Made by a program: the position numbers and the translations under genes. DNA of 64,000 nucleotides from Fimbriimonadales bacterium (GTDB taxonomy: Bacteria; Armatimonadota; Fimbriimonadia; Fimbriimonadales; ATM1), in contig JBPCLO010000031.1 in the NCBI GenBank assembly GCA_051003155.1, forward strand, positions 132,439 to 196,438. The letters are read 5' to 3'. Under the pieces are notes generated by a model. It saw only the letters and a program-made list of their open reading frames with translations, was not told the DNA's origin and ran no database searches. Positions 1 to 9,491 of the stretch are shown here, in pieces. Numbering within the stretch: the first letter of the stretch is position 1; each line of letters begins with the position of its first letter.

Positions 1-1311
1 CGGCTTCTTTTCCGGTGAGGCCGCATTGAGGCGAAGACGCCTGAAGACGTTCTCCACGTCAACAATGCTGTCATCGACGACCAAGCCGATCGCGATCGCG
101 AGGCCGCCCAGCGTCATCGTGTTGATGTTGATCCCGAACCGGCTCAGCAATAGTAGCGTGAGGATGAACGAGACCGGAATTGAAATCAGCGATATGACCG
201 TTGCCCGGATGTTCATGAGGAAGGCCAAGATGACGATCAGAACAATCACACCCGCTTCACCAAGTGCCTTGACCACGTTCGAAATTGCGTTATTGATGAA
301 GTGCTCTTGTCGGAACAACTGGCGATTGATTCGTACATCGTCGGGCAATGTCGCCGAGATTTCGTTTAGTGCTTTATCCATCTCCTTGGTCAGGAGGAGC
401 GTATTGGCATCGGGCTGTTTCTGAACTGACAGGATCACCGCGGGCTCGCCGTTGACACTTGCGTCGCCGCGCGGCAAGCCCTTTGCAAACTCTACGTCAG
501 CAACCTGCTCAATCGTGATGGGCACGCCACCAACTGACTTGATAGGCGTCCTTTTGATGTCGTCGAGATCGCGAACCCGGCCTTGGATGCGGATGACCGC
601 TTCACGCTGAGGTTCTTGGAAGAAGCCTCCACCGGCGTTGAGGTTGCTCTCACGGGCCGCTTCCACCAGCTCATCGAGCGTAACGCCGAATTGCTTGAGC
701 CGTTCGGGTGAGGTCAGCACTTGAAACTGCTTCGATCCACCGCCGATTGGAACTACCTGAGACACGCCCGGAACTGCGAGAAGTCGGGGCCGAACCACGA
801 AATCGGCAAGAGAGCGAACTTCGAGTGGCGGAGTTACGTGCTGCCCTGGAGTGCGGGGGTCGGCGTGCGGCTGGCTTGATAGGGAAATGAGCATAATCTC
901 ACCCATGATCGAGCTGATCGGAGCGAGCGAAGCGACCGAGCCTTCCGGCAATCTCGCTTGAGCGAGTTGAAGTTTTTCGTTGACGATCTGTCGCGCCCGG
1001 AAGATTTCCGTTCCCCAGTCGAACTCGACGAAAACGATGCTGAATCCAGCACTCGAAGCGGATCGCACCCGCTGTACGCCGGTGGCCCCATTCATCATCG
1101 TTTCGATAGGGAAACTCACGAGTGCTTCCGTTTCCTCGGGAGCCATGCCGTGTGCTTCGGTCATGATCGTCACAACCGGCCGGTTGAGGTCGGGCAGAAC
1201 GTCCACGTCCATCTTGGGGATGGCGATGAGGCCGTAGAGGATGACCATTAGGGTCAAAGCGACCATCAGAACGCGCTGGCGAAGGCTGAGTTCGATCAGT
1301 CGGTTCAGCAT
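1..1311 (-). CDS. CusA/CzcA family heavy-metal efflux RND permease, N-terminal part (runs off window start)
   Basis: My translation from ATG 1311: MLNRLIELSLRQRVLMVALTL...DVLPDLNRPVVTIMTEAHGMAPEETEALVSFPIE, a typical HME-RND N-terminus; lies downstream of TolC and adaptor genes. Confidence 0.93.
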   Translation of the reverse strand, partial: MLNRLIELSLRQRVLMVALTLMVILYGLIAIPKMDVDVLPDLNRPVVTIMTEAHGMAPEETEALVSFPIETMMNGATGVQRVRSASSAGFSIVFVEFDWGTEIFRARQIVNEKLQLAQARLPEGSVASLAPISSIMGEIMLISLSSQPHADPRTPGQHVTPPLEVRSLADFVVRPRLLAVPGVSQVVPIGGGSKQFQVLTSPERLKQFGVTLDELVEAARESNLNAGGGFFQEPQREAVIRIQGRVRDLDDIKRTPIKSVGGVPITIEQVADVEFAKGLPRGDASVNGEPAVILSVQKQPDANTLLLTKEMDKALNEISATLPDDVRINRQLFRQEHFINNAISNVVKALGEAGVIVLIVILAFLMNIRATVISLISIPVSFILTLLLLSRFGININTMTLGGLAIAIGLVVDDSIVDVENVFRRLRLNAASPEKKP

Positions 1312-1706
1312 CTACTTCTCCCCCAGAGTTCTGCTTTCAAGGAGCATCCAGTGTCCAGACTTCAGAAGCCACATATCGCGGTAACGGTGGATGTGCTCCG
1401 GCTCGCCACGCTGTTTCGAGAGCTCGCGAGTCATTGCAGTTGCGCGATTCCCCAGACGATTAGCACTGATCAACGTCGTGCGATACGATTCCGGGGTTGC
1501 CGCTTTCCAAAGGCTCCGAACATAATCCGCCCGTCTGATGACCTTGCGAGTCTCGGTCACGATTCGAAAGCGCGAGTTCAGCATGGCGGCCAGTGCCTTC
1601 ACATCGTGCTGGCGGTAAGCGCCATCCCATTGTGAGTACCGGACGGTAAGCTGATCACGGAAGCAGGTTGGAAAGCCAACGTGACAGCCATGAGCGCTGC
1701 GGTCAT
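1312..1706 (-). pseudogene. Secreted NTF2-like (DUF4440-like) protein with a 1-bp frameshift near 1661
   Basis: ATG 1706 overlaps the adaptor stop and gives signal-like MTAALMAVTLAFQPA; the NTF2-like body RDQLTVRYSQWDGAYRQHDVKAL...RYRDMWLLKSGHW is in another frame; one extra T restores the frame. Confidence 0.6.
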
Positions 1707-3883
1707 TGCCCACCCTCCATCGCGATGAGTTGATACGCGCCATCGGTGACCACCTTTTTGCCCGGCTCCAAGCCGCTCTTGATGATCGTTCGATTACCCA
1801 GCGTTCCTGCCGTCTGGACGACGGTTCGTCGGTACGTGCCGTGAACCTCTTCGACGAACACGACGCTGACTCCGCCCGTTGTTTGAACGGCAGCGGTCGG
1901 GACGAGAGTTTGACCACCGAAGCCCGTTCCGAGCTGAACGCGAACGAACATGTTCTGCTTGAGGCGCTCGCCCGGGTTGGCCACGATCACCCGCACCTTC
2001 GTGGTGCGCGTTTTCTCATCAACCTCGTTGTGGATGAAAGCGACCTCACCGGGATACGGCCGACCTGGCAGGGCGTCCGCGACGACCTCCACCCTCTGGC
2101 CGATCCGGACCTTCGGAATATCGACCTCGTAAACGTCGCTCAGAACCCAAACGATTTTCGCGTTGAGAAGATCGTAGAGTTGTTGGCCGATGGCTATGGT
2201 TTGCCCGACGCTTACGTTACGATGCTCCACTTCGCCGGAAATGGGTGCATTGATCGCGACCCGGTTCCCGCCGCCGGGGCTGCCTCCTAGCAGCGCGATT
2301 TGATCGCGGGCGACCCGGACCAGACTTTGGGCGCGAGTGAGATCGGCGCGAGCTTGAAGCAGACCGTTGCGACTGGAAGCCAAGGCCGCCCTAGTCAAAT
2401 CGACCTCTGCTTTGGCGGATTCGACTTCCTTGGCATTGCGGAGCCCCTTGGTCGAAATCGACTCTTCACGCCTCATCGCCTCGACAGTCAGCGTATGCTG
2501 TCTGCGGGCATCGACGAGGTTTGATTTGGCGGTTTCCAACTCAGATCTCGCGGCCTCCAGTTCTCGACGGGCGACGACCCCGGAAGCCACGCCCTCCTCA
2601 AGTCTGCGAACTCTAACCTCCAGCGCTTGAACATTGATTTTGGAAGAAGCTACGTCAGCTGCCGCACGGGACACAGCTGAGCGGGCTGCCTCAACTGACG
2701 GCGAGGCAAATGCGCCGGTCGCCGCCAGTTGCTTCTGACGTGAATGCGTCCGTTCCGCGATGCTGAGGCGAGTGCCGGCTGAAGTGATTTCGGACTGCGC
2801 TATCTTGACCGAGGCTTGCGCTTGACTGACTTCAGCAACGGCTCGACGATAAGCTGATTGCGCCTCCGCGAGTTCGGGACTCTCGATCACGGCGAGACTT
2901 TGGCCGCGCCGAACCGATGTTCCGGGCAACGCGCCCAGGCTCACGATGCGGCCGGAAGCCCTAGCATTGATCACGACCATTCCGTTCGGATTTGCCGACA
3001 CTCGACCGGTGGTTTGAAGTCCACCACCCGTCGCTGAGAACTGGACGGGAGCAACTTGTAGTCCAATGAGCTTCGCCTTTTCAGCTCCAATTGCGACAAG
3101 CGCCGGATCGGGCGTCATTTCCTCGTTCTCTATCGAGAGGACAAACTTGATTCCGCTCACCGTCCTTTCGGCGGATTCGCCCTGGTTCGGGGCGGGATAG
3201 GCTTTGAGCATCGGGCCAGAAGATTTGGTGGCATCGGGCGCGACGATATGCCTTCCGTCCGGGCCGTGCATGTGGCCGGCTTCGTCCTCCTGAGCCCAGG
3301 CAAGCTTCGACAGCGAGGCGCCTCCGATTAACGCTAGCGCAAGCAGGGTTGTGCCGCCGACCCGGGCCTTCTTCTGGCCCAGCTTATAAACCCCGAACAG
3401 GACAATTAGCCCTCCTATAATCCCGCCGATGATAAGCGGATACTTAGGTCCATGCGCGTGCTCAGCTGCTTTCGTTACTTCAGCCACGGCCGGCACGAAG
3501 ACCGGGAACTCAACGCTCGTCTTTTTCCCGTCGGGCAGCGTCACCGCTTGGCTGATAACGTATTCGCCCGGCTCCTTGTAGGTCATGTGCGAGCCGTAAA
3601 CTTCGTTCTCGGGTTCGTAGGCGTTGTGCTCGGTGTGAACCACATCCTCAGGCTTGCCCTTCCTTGAGATCGTGGAATCGACCTTGCAGCCAAGAATGAT
3701 CTTGCCGTCGGGCCCTTCGATACGCATGTCGTGGTGACTGAGAATGAACTTTTGAGCGCCGCCGGACGCTTGGGGAGCAACAATATGCCGCCCGTCCGGG
3801 CCATGCATGTGACCAGGCTCCTCTTCTTGCGCGAATGCGCCAACGGAGACGCAGCAGACTAGGATGGAAAGAAATCGTTTCAT
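1703..3883 (-). CDS. RND efflux periplasmic adaptor (membrane fusion protein) with N-terminal His-motif accessory domain
   Basis: Lipoyl-like halves (ARASGRIVSL, APISGEVEHRNVSVGQ), long coiled coil, VWVLSDVYEVDIPKVRIGQ; two GHMHGPDGRHIVAP motifs. Confidence 0.92.
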   Translation of the reverse strand: MKRFLSILVCCVSVGAFAQEEEPGHMHGPDGRHIVAPQASGGAQKFILSHHDMRIEGPDGKIILGCKVDSTISRKGKPEDVVHTEHNAYEPENEVYGSHMTYKEPGEYVISQAVTLPDGKKTSVEFPVFVPAVAEVTKAAEHAHGPKYPLIIGGIIGGLIVLFGVYKLGQKKARVGGTTLLALALIGGASLSKLAWAQEDEAGHMHGPDGRHIVAPDATKSSGPMLKAYPAPNQGESAERTVSGIKFVLSIENEEMTPDPALVAIGAEKAKLIGLQVAPVQFSATGGGLQTTGRVSANPNGMVVINARASGRIVSLGALPGTSVRRGQSLAVIESPELAEAQSAYRRAVAEVSQAQASVKIAQSEITSAGTRLSIAERTHSRQKQLAATGAFASPSVEAARSAVSRAAADVASSKINVQALEVRVRRLEEGVASGVVARRELEAARSELETAKSNLVDARRQHTLTVEAMRREESISTKGLRNAKEVESAKAEVDLTRAALASSRNGLLQARADLTRAQSLVRVARDQIALLGGSPGGGNRVAINAPISGEVEHRNVSVGQTIAIGQQLYDLLNAKIVWVLSDVYEVDIPKVRIGQRVEVVADALPGRPYPGEVAFIHNEVDEKTRTTKVRVIVANPGERLKQNMFVRVQLGTGFGGQTLVPTAAVQTTGGVSVVFVEEVHGTYRRTVVQTAGTLGNRTIIKSGLEPGKKVVTDGAYQLIAMEGGQ

Positions 3884-5139
3884 GGCTTTGGTGTCTCCAG
3901 CCCTGGAAGGAGGGCGGTGGCGATGAGAAATCGGACCTCTGCTAGATGCAGGTTTCGCATCGCGTCAGAGGCTTCTCTTCGCAGTTGGGAAAGGGTTTTT
4001 TGGGCTTCGAGGACTTCGAGAAAACTGGTCAAGCCAGATTCGAGCCCGGATTGCATGGCTTTGACCATTTGTTCGGCCTTTGGAACGATGCCAGCCTCGT
4101 AGCTCTTTGCAACCTCGCGAGCCGCGTTGAGCTGGCTAGTAACAGTTTCGATGTCTAGATTGATCCGGCGCTCGGCGTCTTTAAGTTCCGCCTCCCTGCC
4201 CTTTCGGCCAGCCTCAGCTGACCGAACCGCAAACCGGTTCTCACCACGATCAAACAGGGGCATTGTTAGCCGGACCTGCAAGCCGACATTGTCGCGCTGG
4301 AACGGTCTTCGATCCAGCCTCCATGTGTCGGCAGCCACCCCCGCAAACAGCGAAGGCAACCCCGCGCGTCTCGCTTCGAGTTCTCCGGCTTTGGCGACCT
4401 CGATGTGCGCAAGGGCTTCTAGAGCCTCGGGTCTGCGTGCAAGTGCGCTCTGCGATAACGCGTTAACGTCCGAAACAGGCGACCAAACGGCTAGGGGCAC
4501 GTCCGTGATCGAAGGCTGGCCAAGCAGCGAGTTGACGGCGGCCCGGCTTGTCGCCACATCACTTTGTGCCAGGGTCAGGGCTTGCTCGGCACGGTTTAGT
4601 TCCACTTCCGCCCGAGTCAATTGGACTGCGGGAGCTTCACCGATTTCTATTCGCGTCTTGATCCCTTCGACCGTCGCCCTCGCCACTTCGACTCCCGAAG
4701 CGGCGTTTGCTTCGTTGCGTTGACCAGCTAGATAGTTCAGGTACGCGGAAAGAAACTCCGATCCTACTGCCAATTGCGCCTTTCGCAGGATTGCATGGGC
4801 AACTTGGACCTCCGCTCTTGCTCGCTGCGCCCGCGCCGCCCGCGTTCCCGAGAAGTCAAAGGACTGGCCCAGCACAAAGTTGGAGTTGGTAAACCCCACG
4901 CCGGGCGCGACATCCAACTCCAGGTTTTTGGGTGATCCCAGCGACCTGGCCATTGCCTCAGCTTCTCGGACTTGGTGCTGCCTCGCTGCCACAGTTGGGC
5001 TGGCAGCTATTGCCTTGGAAACGAACTGAGCGAGCGACGGTTCGGTTTGGGCTCGCACGTTTGCAGCGAGAACTAGGATGAAGCTGGTTAGTATTGTTTT
5101 CTGCGTCAAAGGGATTCCTCCGTCTGCGGCCAATGGCAA
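3880..5139 (-). CDS. TolC family outer-membrane efflux protein (CzcC-like); start may be ~5110
   Basis: Signal peptide, LTMPLFDRGE, SFLEVLEAQKTL; operon with adaptor and RND pump. Confidence 0.92.
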   Translation of the reverse strand: MPLAADGGIPLTQKTILTSFILVLAANVRAQTEPSLAQFVSKAIAASPTVAARQHQVREAEAMARSLGSPKNLELDVAPGVGFTNSNFVLGQSFDFSGTRAARAQRARAEVQVAHAILRKAQLAVGSEFLSAYLNYLAGQRNEANAASGVEVARATVEGIKTRIEIGEAPAVQLTRAEVELNRAEQALTLAQSDVATSRAAVNSLLGQPSITDVPLAVWSPVSDVNALSQSALARRPEALEALAHIEVAKAGELEARRAGLPSLFAGVAADTWRLDRRPFQRDNVGLQVRLTMPLFDRGENRFAVRSAEAGRKGREAELKDAERRINLDIETVTSQLNAAREVAKSYEAGIVPKAEQMVKAMQSGLESGLTSFLEVLEAQKTLSQLRREASDAMRNLHLAEVRFLIATALLPGLETPKP

Positions 5140-5184
5140 AGCCGTGGCTGACGAAGGGCAGGCCAGAAGAATCCCTCGACAGCC

Positions 5185-5601
5185 TTAGGCGGTCAAGGAC
5201 GCAGGAGGAGCGCGGGGAGACTTCGTCCCAGGCGGACCGGTGGCGTACGGATGTTCCGCTGGGAAAACCTCCCGCTTCCGTTCGCCTATCTGACAAGGCA
5301 AGACAATCTCGAAGGGATCAGGTAGCACCAACACCAGGGTGAACGGAGATGCATGGGGCGGTGCGCCTGTGCTCTGCGAGGGTTCGTCGTGTGGGGCGTC
5401 TGCCGGGTGGGGATCATCGACCTGGGTGGCGTGGTCAGCATGATGGTCAAGTCCGGCGTGGTGGTCAGCGGTATGCCGATGAGCTGGAGCCTCGTCGTCA
5501 TGGTGGTGATGCGGCACAATGCCGTGCATCTGAATTGAAATCAGACTGACGAGCATCAACCACTTTGCGAGCCGGTTCACCGGGCAGATGCTACCCGGCA
5601 A
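5185..5601 (-). CDS. His-rich hypothetical protein (CzcI-like position)
   Basis: PHHHHDDEAPAHRHTADHHAGLDHHADH, C-terminal SPRAPPA; directly upstream of TolC. Confidence 0.65.
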   Translation of the reverse strand: MPGSICPVNRLAKWLMLVSLISIQMHGIVPHHHHDDEAPAHRHTADHHAGLDHHADHATQVDDPHPADAPHDEPSQSTGAPPHASPFTLVLVLPDPFEIVLPCQIGERKREVFPAEHPYATGPPGTKSPRAPPASLTA

Positions 5602-5923
5602 GGCCGAACGTATGCTTGAGGCTGTGAGAGTTGGGCTTGTCTGGCACGGTGACCGAGATGCGCGGGATAGGATGCGCCTTGAAGATTATCGGCTCGCCGC
5701 TACAGCCGATGCGCTTGACGGCCGGGTACTCCATGGGTTTCTGATAAGGACATAGTACAAGAAGGAAGATCACATCCAGATTTTTCGGAACGCGAGTATC
5801 AACTGTTGCGAATTGGGAGCAAAATAAAACTGACATCCGAGTTTATGGACACGATCACGGTGTCATGCCGCCAGCTGAACGAGCGCTTAAAAGATTTGTA
5901 CGCTAAACGGTGAGGAATTCGCG

Positions 5924-6022
5924 ATGAACAATAAACTTATATGGGGAATGGGAGCAGCAGCGACTATAGCAATTGTGGCAGTTGCTTTCTTGAGCACCGA
6001 CGGTAAGTTGACCAACGTTTGA
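5924..6022 (+). CDS. Small 32-aa single-TM peptide
   Basis: GAGGAA RBS then MNNKLIWGMGAAATIAIVAVAFLSTDGKLTNV*, ending 10 nt before the MFS start. Confidence 0.35.
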   Translation: MNNKLIWGMGAAATIAIVAVAFLSTDGKLTNV

Positions 6023-6032
6023 CGAGCTTCGT

Positions 6033-7214
6033 ATGAGAATCTCGCCGACGCACGCCGCGCTGATCGCAATATTTCTAGACCTCACCGGCTTCGGAATGAT
6101 GTTCCCGGACGTGCAACTGCGCGGCCAGGAATTAGGCATTCCCGGATGGCGAATCGGCGCGATTCTCGCCAGCTATTACATCATTCAATTCGTGCTCTCT
6201 CCGTTTTGGGGACGGCTCAGCGACGACGTCGGGCGACGCAAAATACTTTTGGTCTGCACGGGCCTCTCGGCCGTTGCGATGTTCGCCTATGGGCTGCTGC
6301 CCGGCGAGCCGGCTTTATGGGCGGGGCGCGTTTTGGCAGGCTTCGGAGCAGGCAATGTGGCCATCGCCCAAGCGTTCGTTGCCGATGCCGCCGAATCGAA
6401 GTACGACAGAGCACGAGCGCTGGGATTGATGGGAGCCGTCGTCAGCGCGGGACTCGTATTGGGGCCCGTCGTCGGTGCGCTCGCCGTGGAGATCGGCGGC
6501 AAACTTGCGCTTGGCGTTATCGCGGGCGGCCTCTCCTCCATAGGCGGCTTGCTAATCCTCGCGAAGCTCGCCAAGGTTCCCGCGGCGCGATCCGATCAGC
6601 CTGCGCGCGTCGGCTTTAGCCTAATTGCCAAGAGCTCGATTTTGCGGAGCCTGTTCTTGGTCGCGATCCTCGGATGGTTCGCCCTGGCATGTCTCGAAGG
6701 GACGTTCGGCCGCTATTTAGAGTGGAAGTTCGGCTTTGGCCGAATGGAGTTCGGCGCGTTTCTGGCACTAGAAGCGGCGGTCGCCTTCCTACAAGGATTC
6801 ACGTTCCCCGCCCTGTCGAAGAAACTCTCGAACCGAGCCATCCTTTACGGCTCCTTCGCCCTCCAAGCCATCGGCTTTGTCCTCATACCGTTGGCGCCGT
6901 CGATACCCATGTTGATCGTCGCCAGCATTCTATTCGGCGTAGGCCTCGGCTTAAGCGGCCCCGCCATCAATGTCTTGGCCGTCAACGCGGCGCTGCCGAA
7001 CGTTCGAGGCGGAGTGCTAGGCACCCTCCAGGGCGCGCGAGCTGCCGGCTTTTTCCTCGGTCCGATCGTCGCCGGCGGCCTCTTCGATGCGTTCCCGCCT
7101 GCTCCTTACTACCTGGCGGCCGCGCTGGCAACGATCGCCACCCTCGCCGCAATGCGACTCAAGGACGAGATAACAGCAAGTCGATCTCCGGAGGAGGCAC
7201 TTAAGTCCGAGTAG
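6033..7214 (+). CDS. MFS transporter (DHA1/TetA-like)
   Basis: Motif A WGRLSDDVGRRK, motif C GLVLGPVVG, about 12 hydrophobic segments. Confidence 0.93.
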   Translation: MRISPTHAALIAIFLDLTGFGMMFPDVQLRGQELGIPGWRIGAILASYYIIQFVLSPFWGRLSDDVGRRKILLVCTGLSAVAMFAYGLLPGEPALWAGRVLAGFGAGNVAIAQAFVADAAESKYDRARALGLMGAVVSAGLVLGPVVGALAVEIGGKLALGVIAGGLSSIGGLLILAKLAKVPAARSDQPARVGFSLIAKSSILRSLFLVAILGWFALACLEGTFGRYLEWKFGFGRMEFGAFLALEAAVAFLQGFTFPALSKKLSNRAILYGSFALQAIGFVLIPLAPSIPMLIVASILFGVGLGLSGPAINVLAVNAALPNVRGGVLGTLQGARAAGFFLGPIVAGGLFDAFPPAPYYLAAALATIATLAAMRLKDEITASRSPEEALKSE

Positions 7215-7237
7215 CGCGTCCAGGTGGCCGGGAAACC

Positions 7238-7385
7238 CTATTGCCTCGACGGGTCGCCCCTTCCATTCCAGAAGCCATTATCCGGAACGCCGTCACCATT
7301 TAGATCGTCGATGCGGGTGAGCTTCATGGTTTTTGCGTGGGTATCCGCAAAGAGCACGGCGACCATGCCGACATGGCTCCGCTCG
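7238..7385 (-). pseudogene. C-terminal remnant of a prepilin-type H-X9-DG domain protein
   Basis: Translates RSHVGMVAVLFADTHAKTMKLTRIDDLNGDGVPDNGFWNGRGDPSRQ* (H-x9-D-T-H-A-K); no N-terminus present. Confidence 0.65.
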
Positions 7386-7441
7386 CGAGAGCGACACGCG
7401 AAGCAATCCAAGGTCGAACCGTGACACAGTAAGAGCTAGAA

Positions 7442-8389
7442 ATGAAGATACTCTCAAGATTGGCCCTCGTCGCCGGCGCATTCGTCGCGATGGTTTCTGC
7501 TTACGCGCAAGATGTGCCCAAATACTATCAGGCTGCGGCGACCATAATCGGGAAGAAAGGCACGCTCAACGCAGACGGTTCCTTCCGGATTAACATTCCC
7601 CGCAGCGACCTTTCATTCACGAGCGAACTCGGAATGCCCATCCCGGTGGATATGGGGCTCGCAACCTACGCCGCGTTTTCAGGAACTCAGAATGCTGCTT
7701 TGCTCGTTGGAGACGTGGCAATGCTCCGGCATGAGATAGACGGCGTAGTGGATGCTCTGCGTAGTGGCGGGATCGAAGTCGTGGCTCTACACAACCACAT
7801 GACTTCCGAGTCGCCTCGACTTTTCTTCATGCACTTCCGGGGCAAAGGATCGGTCTCGACGTTGGCCCGAACGTTTCGCAAGGCTATCGATGCTTGTGGC
7901 AAACCCGCTCCCAAGACTGCCCCCAGCAAGTCCGGCAAACCAGAAGTAGATTGGGCTGCGATTGAGAAAACACTCGGGGTCAAACGCACGATTTTTGACT
8001 CCGGCGTCGTTCGCTTCGCGACGCCCCGCAAAGACCTCACGGTGACCGTTAACGGCTTGCCATTCTTGCCTGGAATGGGGCTGGGATCATGGGCCACGTT
8101 CAACCGCTGTGAGTGCGGTATGACGATGGTGATGGGCGACACCTGCACAACCCGCTCTGAACTTCAAGGGGTCATCGACGCCTTGAGGACGGCTGGCATT
8201 TCGGTCACGGCGATTCACAACCATATCGTGGGCGGTTCGCAGGAATTGATGTTTCTTCATTACGAAGGCGAAGGCGTTGCAGCAAAGCTCGCAAACGGAA
8301 TAAGAGCCTGCTGGAATGCTTTGGGGAAGCAGCCCACTTCAACTCCTCCTGCCACCATGCGACCGAAATGGTTTAGGAACCATTCTTAG
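7442..8389 (+). CDS. DUF1259 (LppY/LpqO-like) duplicated-domain secreted protein
   Basis: Signal peptide; two ALHNHM/AIHNH motifs with RLFFMHF/LMFLHY. Confidence 0.88.
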   Translation: MKILSRLALVAGAFVAMVSAYAQDVPKYYQAAATIIGKKGTLNADGSFRINIPRSDLSFTSELGMPIPVDMGLATYAAFSGTQNAALLVGDVAMLRHEIDGVVDALRSGGIEVVALHNHMTSESPRLFFMHFRGKGSVSTLARTFRKAIDACGKPAPKTAPSKSGKPEVDWAAIEKTLGVKRTIFDSGVVRFATPRKDLTVTVNGLPFLPGMGLGSWATFNRCECGMTMVMGDTCTTRSELQGVIDALRTAGISVTAIHNHIVGGSQELMFLHYEGEGVAAKLANGIRACWNALGKQPTSTPPATMRPKWFRNHS

Positions 8390-8407
8390 GAACCAGTTTA
8401 GGTTCCT
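8373..8407. repeat. Short direct/inverted repeats next to tRNA 3' end (candidate integrase arm sites)
   Basis: TTAGGAACCA at 8373-8382 and 8386-8395; inverted GGTTCCT at 8401-8407. Confidence 0.55.
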
Positions 8408-8414
8408 TTGAACT

Positions 8415-8490
8415 TGGTGGAGATGATGGGATTCGAACCCACGACCTCTGCAGTGCGATTGCAGCGCTCTCCCAGCTGAGCTACATCCCC
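8415..8490 (-). tRNA. tRNA-Ala(CGC)
   Basis: GGGGATGTAGCTCAGCTGGGAGAGCGCTGCAATCGCACTGCAGAGGTCGTGGGTTCGAATCCCATCATCTCCACCA; cloverleaf, anticodon CGC, G3-U70, encoded CCA. Confidence 0.97.
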
Positions 8491-8513
8491 ACGAACGGCT
8501 CAGAGGATACCTT

Positions 8514-9401
8514 TCAGAGCCGGGACAGCATCGCGTGGCGCCAGCCGCGGACGCTCACGAAGCAGCCCTCCGCGCGCAGCAAATGGAGGGCGCGCTCGAG
8601 GATCAGCGCCCCGATGTGGATCGTCCGCTCGCGCCCCCGCTCGATGCCCGGGATCGCCGCCCGCCCCGCATCGGACAGGCGCATCGAATGCCCCACGAAC
8701 CGGCTCACCTCCTCGAACTCCAGATACTGCCCGTGGACGCGGTCCGGGTCCCATTCGAGCATGGCCTCGCGGATCGTCACCAAGTTCGTCCCCGTCGCCC
8801 CGAGGGCGACGACGGTTCCGGCTTCACCAGGCATGTGATCCGCAAACGCCCGATCGATCTCGGTGGACGCGGCCATGATCGACGCCGGGCCCGGGCTCTC
8901 CTCGGAAAGCAGCGAAGAGCGCAATCCCAGCGTGCCCACCGAATAGCTCGCCGAACGCTCGCTCGTCGCGATCTCCGTGCTGTGCCCGCCCACGTCCACA
9001 ATCGTTATCCGCTCGCGGCCGCCGAAGATGGGGTCCTCCAGCACCGACGTCAGGGCGAGCTTCGCCTCATCGTCGCTCGAAAGCACCTCTACCGGTGTGC
9101 CTTGCTCGGCCGCCTTTCGTTGGAACTCGTCGGCGTTGCCCGCGAGTCGCAACGCCATCGTCCCGAACGCCCGCGCCTCCGCCCCGCGCTCTCGGGCACC
9201 CGCGAATGCCCGCTTCAGCGCGGCGAGTGTGGCACCTATCCCCCCCTCGCCCAAATCGCCGGTTTCCTTCGTTCCTTCACCGAGCGCGGTCACCTCGCTG
9301 GTTTCGAAAATGCTCTTCCACTCGACCCCGCGAAGTTCGGCCACGAGCAGCAAGACCGAGTTGGAGCCAACGTCGACGACGGCCCTTCGGTCGGAACTAA
9401 T
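8514..9401 (-). CDS. ppx: Ppx/GppA family exopolyphosphatase (start uncertain)
   Basis: In-frame upstream of the listed ORF is AVVDVGSNSV; also GTMALR, VDVGGHSTE, GATGTNL. Confidence 0.85.
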   Translation of the reverse strand: MSSDRRAVVDVGSNSVLLLVAELRGVEWKSIFETSEVTALGEGTKETGDLGEGGIGATLAALKRAFAGARERGAEARAFGTMALRLAGNADEFQRKAAEQGTPVEVLSSDDEAKLALTSVLEDPIFGGRERITIVDVGGHSTEIATSERSASYSVGTLGLRSSLLSEESPGPASIMAASTEIDRAFADHMPGEAGTVVALGATGTNLVTIREAMLEWDPDRVHGQYLEFEEVSRFVGHSMRLSDAGRAAIPGIERGRERTIHIGALILERALHLLRAEGCFVSVRGWRHAMLSRL

Positions 9402-9491
9402 GGGCCAACACGCTTCTTATCTTTGACATCTACGGTCATCGCCCCCTTCCGAACTCCTAACTGCCCCGGGAAGTAAAATCGAGGGTACCCC

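Noticed and set aside
5602..5915. Possible genes in the gap before the MFS
   Set aside because: Open frames exist on both strands, but with no credible start or recognisable motif.
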